DNA of 64,000 nt from Haliotis cracherodii (lineage: Eukaryota). Within the stretch, counting starts at the first letter, position 1. Every line of letters begins with the position of its first letter. Below the pieces are notes generated by a model. That model was not told where the DNA came from, ran no database searches, and saw nothing but the letters and a program-made list of their open reading frames with translations. Both the position numbers and the translations under genes were made by a program. The DNA lies in assembly GCF_022045235.1 (NCBI RefSeq), contig NW_027266264.1, forward strand, positions 1,674,001 through 1,738,000. Direction: 5' to 3'. Shown here one piece after another: positions 54,201 to 63,200 of the stretch.

Positions 54201-57200
54201 AAATAATGGTTGTGGGGATGAGGCTGTAAGAAACGACGTTGCTCGCCACGTGTTACCGGGATGCGAGCATCGAGCAATCGCTTTACGATGGCTTTAGTAC
54301 CCTTGATTTGCTCGCCATTCATGCTGCGAATATCGCGCAAGGTTTCTTGGTAATCATTAAACGAAAGAAGTTGTCTGAAAAACGTGTAATGCCTCAGGAC
54401 GTATCTCGCCATGTCTGAATCGTACGGTGTCACACTCGACAATGAAACGTACTCGTGAGACTTTGATCTTAAATAATCATAAAAACCGTATAACCCAACT
54501 TACATAGAACCATATACATACATCCATGTCATATATAGAACTGAAACACAATAGACATTTTCTCTGTTTTTATTGACTCGTCTACCACTCTACAGGAAGA
54601 AAGATCGTGTTATATGGTAGAACACGTGAAACAGTACTTGAAATAGTCACAGATAAAGCGAGTCACATACGCATCATTGCGTGTTTTGTCTGTACAAAAC
54701 ATCTGTACGATATCTCGTAAACTAGCACTATTTCTACATTTCTGTAACGCGTAATATAAACAATAGAATCCACAAGCACTCGAACTAGATTGCTGTAAAT
54801 CAGACGTGTTATATCGATAACTGCGAGAATGTTTCTTGATAAAATATTTAAATTCACGATGATAGTAACTTGGTTTCTGTCCATAACTATCAAAAAACTC
54901 GCCGACTCCACTCCCGTCAAAGTAAAAGTCAACCCAATGTTGACCCTCGCCACGTGCTAGGTCCGTGTTAGCCACACATCCCCATGGTTTTCCACTGAAA
55001 GGTACGGTGATGTTAGCTAATGTATCTCTCGCGTACACACCCACCACGTGTGTACGGAGGCTGGGGTGTGTTCGGATGGCACACTGTAACTGTCGTTTGT
55101 ACATTGTCTACTTTAGAAACACGTTTCGGCTTTGGTCGATTTCGATGAGGGCCGGAAACTTGGCCAGGGCGATGACGTTGAAGGTATGGGCGAGGGCTTG
55201 AGCAAACTGGACTTCTAGTCGTAGATTACCCGACTTGACCAGATTCAGATATTCCCCTCTGTTGACTTGGATGTCTTGCAGGTTAAATACGTACAAGGCA
55301 TGACCTACGGAAAATTCCGTGCGGTCCAAGTTCAAACCTTTGTCTTTACGCCATTCGTTATTCCAGTCGTACAGACCGGCGTAAGCCTCGACGTCGTTCG
55401 ACTCTAACGGTCGTCCAGGTACACTGGTACCGTTCAAGTACAGTCCCATGCTTTTAACGATGTCGCCTTGGAAACAGAAGGGATTGGCCGTGTACGATCC
55501 GTTCACCCCATCGGACCTCACCAAGGCGACCACGAGTCGACTGGGGACTTCGTCTTGAAATATGGCATCCCAGTTAAAACTCAGACTGGACGAGGCGACC
55601 GAGGCCATCTTGACCATGGATCGTTCGTACGGGTACAGGGCGTTGGCTTTTTCGAACTGTTTGTTGTGGGCCACGATGAGAGCGTCGTTGATCCTCAGTT
55701 TGCATACTTTCAGGTACACGTCTTGTAGTTCAATGTTATATTCCTTGCTACTCTCTCCCGACATCAAGACGAAGGATGTGTTGGATCTGAATAGCTTGAT
55801 GCCGACATCCACGCCGTTCACCAGATGACGGTCGAAACCGAAAACGTCTTCCATAAGGGGCCCTGTTAGGGTGATCGACTTGCTTCCGGCGATGAAGCTT
55901 CCGCGGTTGATGAGCCCATCGTTTCCACCGCCGTAAGGATCAGGGTCATCAAAATCAACCACGGTTTCTCCCGAATCTTTGTAATACAGCTGACTGGTCA
56001 GCTGACTGGACTTGGCATCGGCGCCGTAGTCGAGGACGGTTTCCATGAGAGCTTTGTAAGGATAACTGGCATTGCTGGAGCTAACTTGTTGTCCCTGTAG
56101 GAACACGCTCACCTGATTCCACAAGCTGTGCAAAGTGAGGTTGACGGGCCCTACTTTTTCTTTATCGGCTAAGGGCGTTTTGTCGGTGTGAGTGACTTTG
56201 AGTTTGACGTGAAGTCGGGTCTTGCTCAAGTCGATGTAGTCTTTCCCTCCATTCACGGTCTCTTTCAGAAATGAATGCGATGTTCCTTCTGCACACTTTA
56301 TATACACTTCGATTTCTGACGATAACGGGTAAGTACCATGGCTGGTGAAAATAATATTTGGGTCCGTCTCTCAGATTGAGTCGTCTCAATAAAGGTAGAT
56401 AATTCTCACCCACGTGTGAACTGTCGCACAGATTACACAACACGTCAATGGTGGTATTATTGATATCTTTCAACTCGACTCGTCCTAGTTTCATTTCTAA
56501 CAGAGCCACCATCCACATGCCCTCCAGTTTCAAATGTTGAGACAGTTTCACCCAGAAACGGTAAGGCGTGTTGTCCGGATAATACTCCCGGGAGTCTGCA
56601 CTGTTAAACACGATGTATTTATCCATTTTACTTGTCCTTCACTTCGCTTGCTTCTACCTAGGAATCGAAACTCGATGGCCAACCTGCCCACCTGACTAAA
56701 TAGTACAATTTTTTCTCGTTGTCTTTCTTTTTCTTTAACACTTTTTCGATATCCCATGTGTCATCTAAATCTTTATCGACACGCTGTAATTCTTCTCCGT
56801 AAAAGCGTCCCTTTAAGAACTGGTCGTGAAAATCTTTCAGTGTGTATAAAGGAATACCCTGTCGTCGATAACGGGCTGCTACTTTAAATAACTCTTCCGT
56901 CCATCTCAAGTTGTGTTCCTAAGCAAAACGTTTTCTCCAATAACTGATTCTCACGATATCCCCTATTTTATATTGAAAGGAACGGAACTTGTGTGACATG
57001 TATGCTGATGGTTTCATGTATAAATGTCCCCATACTTTGACTTCATTTCGTTCATTCACATCTGTAGGGGCCCACTCGCCTAAGCTTCTATGTACTGTGT
57101 GATTGTAATTATACACTAAATCGGGTAGCACGTCCACATAGCGCTCGGTGTTCTTGTGTGTCAGATACCTCGCTATGAGTGACCTCAACGTTCGAATGAC

Positions 57201-60200
57201 TCTCTCGGCGTAATTCGCTTTAATGTCTTCGTTCTGATTGACAAACAATTTGATCGACTGACGCTCTATAAAATCCTTGAATATCCCTTTAAATTCCGTT
57301 CCTTTGCCCACTCCGATCTTTTGAGGTGCACGTCCGTGCGATAGGATGGCTTTAAAGCCGTCGACGATGGACTCGGGTTTCTTGTTTTTCAAAGGGGCTA
57401 CCCACAGATAGCGAGACAATATGTCAATGGCTATCAGCACGTAACGTACACCACCGTTCACTTCAGCATAGCGACTCATGTCCATCAGGTCCACATCCCA
57501 CTGTTCATCTACTCGGTTGACGAGTACTTTGAGGCGTTGAAATCTTCGATTCACCGACTTATGAATTGTGTAAGCATTGTGCTTGCTCAACTCGGCTTTT
57601 ACCTCAGGCACACCCAACGTTTTACCACGTCTTTTTAAACTTTGTTGAAATTTGGAGGCACCACAATACGCACCCGGGGACTTGGGATTAAAGTAATAGC
57701 TCTCTAACTCGTTCTGTCTAGACGACGACGGTGTTACATCTGACTTACTAGACATGTTTCTGTGTCGTGTGGTAAATTCAAATGTGACCACCCATCTGCG
57801 CATATTCTCTTTATATACACAGCAAAGTTAACAAACACATGCATTATTCAATACTATCATGCTTTATTATATAGAATAAGTCATGTGAATTCAACTACCA
57901 TACGAATAGCTATTAACACAAGTCAAGGATTTTCAACTACGAGGAGTAATGTTTTTCAAATATTAACATTTTTACAGCACGTCGCTTCAATTGTTCAAAC
58001 CATTCTGGGGTTTTGAAATACGAGTTGCGGTAATCTTTACACTGATAAGGTACAAAATTAAAGGAATCTTTCAATGATGTGTCATCAGCTAAAATGCTCA
58101 TCCATCGATCTAACACACGTACATCCTTGAGATCATTCATTGACATTGTAAAGTATTTGTCCACCTGTTCCTCTTCCGTCAAGCGAGAGGTATGGGTTTG
58201 TTCACCATCTGCTTCAAACATACAGCCAAAACACAATTCTCGGGAAAGTTGACAAATGAGTTAAGTCACTTCCAAGCAGTAACAGAGCGACAACAGTTCC
58301 TCAGCATGCTTGCGCGTGTGGTGCGCATCTAGTTCGTCGACACATAAGGGGAATGTTCTGATCTTCTTGATGATTATTCTTTTGGCTGTATCATCATTGT
58401 CTGGCTGAAACATATTGTCAGCATCTTTCACACATTCTTTCCGATTTTGAAACCAGTCTGGTGATTGAATTATTGTGTTTTCCTGTAGCTGTTCGGGTTT
58501 GCGGTGCACGGACTTCCAGGAGTAAAAAAACGTTTTTTCACTCGTCATTTTTACAGAATGTTACTTTCTCACGACGCCTGATGTAGATGGATGCGACACT
58601 GAAGACGGTCTGTGCTATGAATGATTAGTTATGCGAGGACTAACGTTTTATATACCATCTAATTTTGGAAAATGATATCATAGACTAATTAAGACATGTT
58701 CGTTGCGTACAACTGTCACTAAAAAACCAGCAGACGACTGTCCAAAAGCAGACGAACGTTTTTCTTATTTGCATCTAACCCGTTGAAGACGGGGGGACCG
58801 CTAGCAGACGACGAACGGGAAACCGCTAGCAGACGACGAGCACCTGTGCCAACACCTTCACTCCGCTTGTATCAATACCATCCTTTGTCCCCATTGTTAC
58901 CACATCTTTAGGGAGGTTTCAACGGTCTAACGCACATTCAAGTACCCCCCTCCATTGTCTACTCGCTCGCGCTTCATCGCTTTCCTTTGAAATTGGGAGG
59001 TAAATGCTATTGTTGTCATGAACTACTAAGTTTTCCTCTACTGATATTCCATTGGGCGGAGAACGGGACATCCGCGCTGGCCGTAACAGCCGACTAGGTG
59101 TAATCGGATGGTTACAAGGTGTACCTCGTAGGGTACGGGGTCGTGTGACCAACTGGATCGGTGGTCAGACTCAGTGGTCAGGCTCAGTGGTCAGGCTCAG
59201 TGGTAAGGCTCAGTGGTCAGGCTCAGTGATCAGGCTCAGTGATTTCGTTAATGGCGTGTCATCGTGGTTCGTTGTTTACAATATCGATCACTGAATTGTC
59301 AGGTCCAGACTCCAATGTTTACAAGCAGCCGTCATATGGCTAGAATAGCCGAGTGTGGCGTTTGACAAAAAACATACAAACGTATGTCATGTATCCCTAT
59401 CGGTCTGTTGGGTTCAGCTGCATTTATATACTTGATATTGCTTCATACGCCTCAGAAGTTATTGGATGAAGGTTAAAACATTCAACGCATCAGAAATGCT
59501 TTCTAAAGCCTTTTGGTAAACATGTGGAGGACATTTCCAAATATGATGCATCAGTGATAAAAGTTATGTCCGACGCTATTCCCTATTTTGACTTGTACCA
59601 TATGTTCCCGTATTTCTCCATGTGAACAATTGGCTTGCCTTTGCATGTGTTTGTGACAGTTGTCACCTGGGGCCAAGATACGTACACCTGGTATCATCAC
59701 TATCATGTACGGAATCGTACAGTCGACTCTGCTTTGGGCAAATATTTCTGTTGAATAGGGAAAGAGTTCCGTCCCTTTTATTAGTGGTTATATTACTCAC
59801 TGCGGCGCACAATACCATTCACTCACTCACTTTCGTTATGTACCATTATGAAGTGATGGAAATAGCTCAACCATGGCCGCCGCTAAATACGTAGGTCTGG
59901 ACAAGACAATAAGAGGTTAAAACTATGAACAACGACCTACGTCGTTGGGGGCGATGATGACCGACATTGACCATCTCACCGAGCCTGACCACCCCTAATA
60001 TAGTCATATCTCACAGAGCCTGGCCACCCATACCGAGCCTGACAACCCATACCGAGCCTGACCACCCGTACCGAGCCTGACCACCCATACCGAGCCTGAC
60101 CACCCATACCGAGCCTGACCACCCATAACATAGCCACATCTCACCGAGCCTGACCACCCATAACATAGTCACATCTTACAGAGCCTGGCCACCCATACCG

Positions 60201-63200
60201 AGCCTGACCACCCATACCGAGCCTGACCACCCATACCATAGCCACATCTCACAGAGCCTGGCCACCCATACCGAGCCTGACCACCCATAACATAGCCACA
60301 TCTCACAGAGCCTGGCCACCCATACCGAGCCTGACCACCCATAACATAGCCACATCTCACAGAGCCTGGCCACCCATACCGAGCCTGACCACCCATACCA
60401 TAGCCACATCTCACAGATCCTGGCCACCCATACCGAGCCTGACCACCCATACCGAGCCTGACCACCCATACCATAGCCACATCTCACAGAGCCTGGCCAT
60501 CCATACCGAGCCTGACCACCCATACCGAGCCTGACCACCCATACCATAGCCACATCTCACAGAGCCTGGCCACCCATACCGAGCCTGACCACCCATAACA
60601 TAGCCACATCTCACAGAGCCTGGCCACCCATACCGAGCCTGACCACCCATACCATAGCCACATCTCACAGAGCCTGGCCATCCATACCGAGCCTGACCAC
60701 CCATACCGAGCCTGACCACCCATAACATAGCCACATCTCACAGAGCCTGGCCACCCATACCGAGCCTGACCACCCATACCATAGCCACATCTCACAGAGC
60801 CTGGCCACCCATACCGAGCCTGACCACCCATACCGAGCCTGACCACCCATACCATAGCCACATCTCACAGAGCCTGGCCATCCATACCGAGCCTGACCAC
60901 CCATACCGAGCCTGACCACCCATACCATAGCCACATCTCACAGAGCCTGGCCACCCATACCGAGCCTGACCACCCATAACATAGCCACATCTGACAGAGC
61001 CTGGCCACCAATACCGAGCCTGACCACCCATACCGAGCCTGATCACCCATACCGAGCCTGACCAGCCATAACATAGTCACATCTCACCGAGCCTGGCCAC
61101 CCATACCATAGCCACATCTCACAGAGCCTGGCCACCCATACCGAGCCTGACCACCCATACCGAGCCTGACCACCCATAACATAGCCACATCTCACCGAGC
61201 CTGGCCACCCATACCGAGCCTGACCACCCATAACATAGCCACATCTCACAGAGCCTGACCACCCATAACATAGTCACATCTCACAGAGCCTGGCCACCCA
61301 TACCGAGCCTGACCACCCATAACATAGCCACATCTCACAGAACCTGACCACCCATAACATAGTCACATCTCACAGAGCCTGGCCACCCATACCATAGCCA
61401 CATCTCACAGAGCCTGGCCACCTATACCGAGCCTGACCACCCATAACATAGCCACATCTCACCGAGCCTGACCACCCATAACATAGCCACATCTCACCGA
61501 GCCTGACCGCCCATAACATAGCCACATCTCACAGAGCCTGACCACCCATAACATAGCCACATCTCACAGAGCCTGACCACCCATACCATAGCCACATCTC
61601 ACAGAGCCTGACCACCCATAACATAGCCACATCTCACCGAGCCTGACCACCCGTAACATAGCCACATCTCACCGAGCCTGACCACCCGTAACATAGCCAT
61701 GACAGGGCTTTATCAGCAGTGGTTGACTGTATTTTACTATGTAAAGGAGAAACGCTAACACACAGAGAGTGCGTTGCGTTTTCATATAAATAACTCCCTG
61801 TATATTTTTAGAACTTACACATCTATCACCAGGTGTTCTACATACTTACTGGGTGTATTCGGCGGTATGGCAAACCGTATGCTCTCCAATAAATATATTC
61901 CTGCTGCATATTTCTGTCTGCAACGACACATATAGGCGTACTGAAGTAACTGCATGCATCAAAAAACGTAAATCAAAAAGCTCTGGCTTACTGTCTGTGT
62001 GAAGTCCTGAAAGTCGTGGTTTCGTATTGGTTTTATCATATACATCACTCAATACCACTGGAATTCAACAGATTGGAGTGTAAATACACCCCACACCAAC
62101 TTAAGATACTGCATTCAATTATTTCGTTTAATGTACAAGTCTAGATACCAACAAAATGTTTTGCCCATTTGTTTGGATTTCTTCAGGTGGTCTAGAATTA
62201 ATATCCTTAACAAAACATATGATAACCAGGGGAATATTGTATTGTATGGCGTCTGTGAAGGAAACGACTATTCTGAAGTTATGGACTATATGTTATTTGT
62301 AGCTATATTTAGTATATACCAGTCTAAAGTAACTGAAACGTAGCTGTCATTATAACATATTCCTTAAAGCCGTGTTATCTTACGCTACAGATGACTTAAG
62401 TATATTAAGTCACCCATTGGTTCCAAACTAAACGTTCTCGATGCCAATTAATAAATAGTATTATTGGAAACAATATCCCCGGATCCGCCTGTCCACGTCG
62501 TATTATACCACGGTTGTAAAAACGTAGAATCATGGTGTAATAAAGATACTAAAAATGATTATATGTATAGTTGATATATGTTCTGCTCTTCGCAAGTATT
62601 ATTCACAAAATACCGAGAAGGTTGACACTGTCCTTACCGTTCTGGTGTTATAAAAATGCGGATTCCGGAGAAGTCTTTCGGTGCAGATTCTGAAATCAGA
62701 ATTACATTAACATTACAGAAGAGAAATATGCTGTGGCGTGCTGCCCATTCCCAGTGAAGACTCTGCCAGATGGACAGGACTATCTGTGCACGGGAGCAGG
62801 CACAGAAAGGTAGGTCTTGTATGACTTGAGAGGACATACGCGTTCTAGGTCCCGTCGGCAATATTTCCAGCCAAGGTGTACCTGGAGTACTTCACACAAA
62901 CATAAGACTGTCAACTGACAGGAGCCTAGTCCTCCTCCTCCTGGTATGACAGTAACACTGGTTTATGGGGAGATGTACACTAAGAGGGGTTCTTGCCCAG
63001 GAGTGTACCTCAAAGGTGTGACAATACCTACCCTATACATCAGAGTTGTGACAATACCTACCCTATACATCAGAGGTGTGATAATACCTACCCTATACAT
63101 CAGAGGTGGTGCAATACCTACCCTATACATCAGAGCTGTGACAATAACTACCCTATACATCAGAGGTGTGGCAATACCTACCCTATACATCAGAGGTGTG

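Larger units (their letters stand above)
50553..59050. mobile_element. Defective Polinton/Maverick (adintovirus-like) endogenous virus with an inverted duplication, inside a PAM intron
   Basis: Intronless gene cassette (rve integrase-chromodomain, minor capsid, major capsid, adenain protease, packaging ATPase). Arms 50553-53255 (+) and 55679-59047 (-) are reverse complements apart from deletions. Exact termini and TSD not resolved. Confidence 0.9.
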
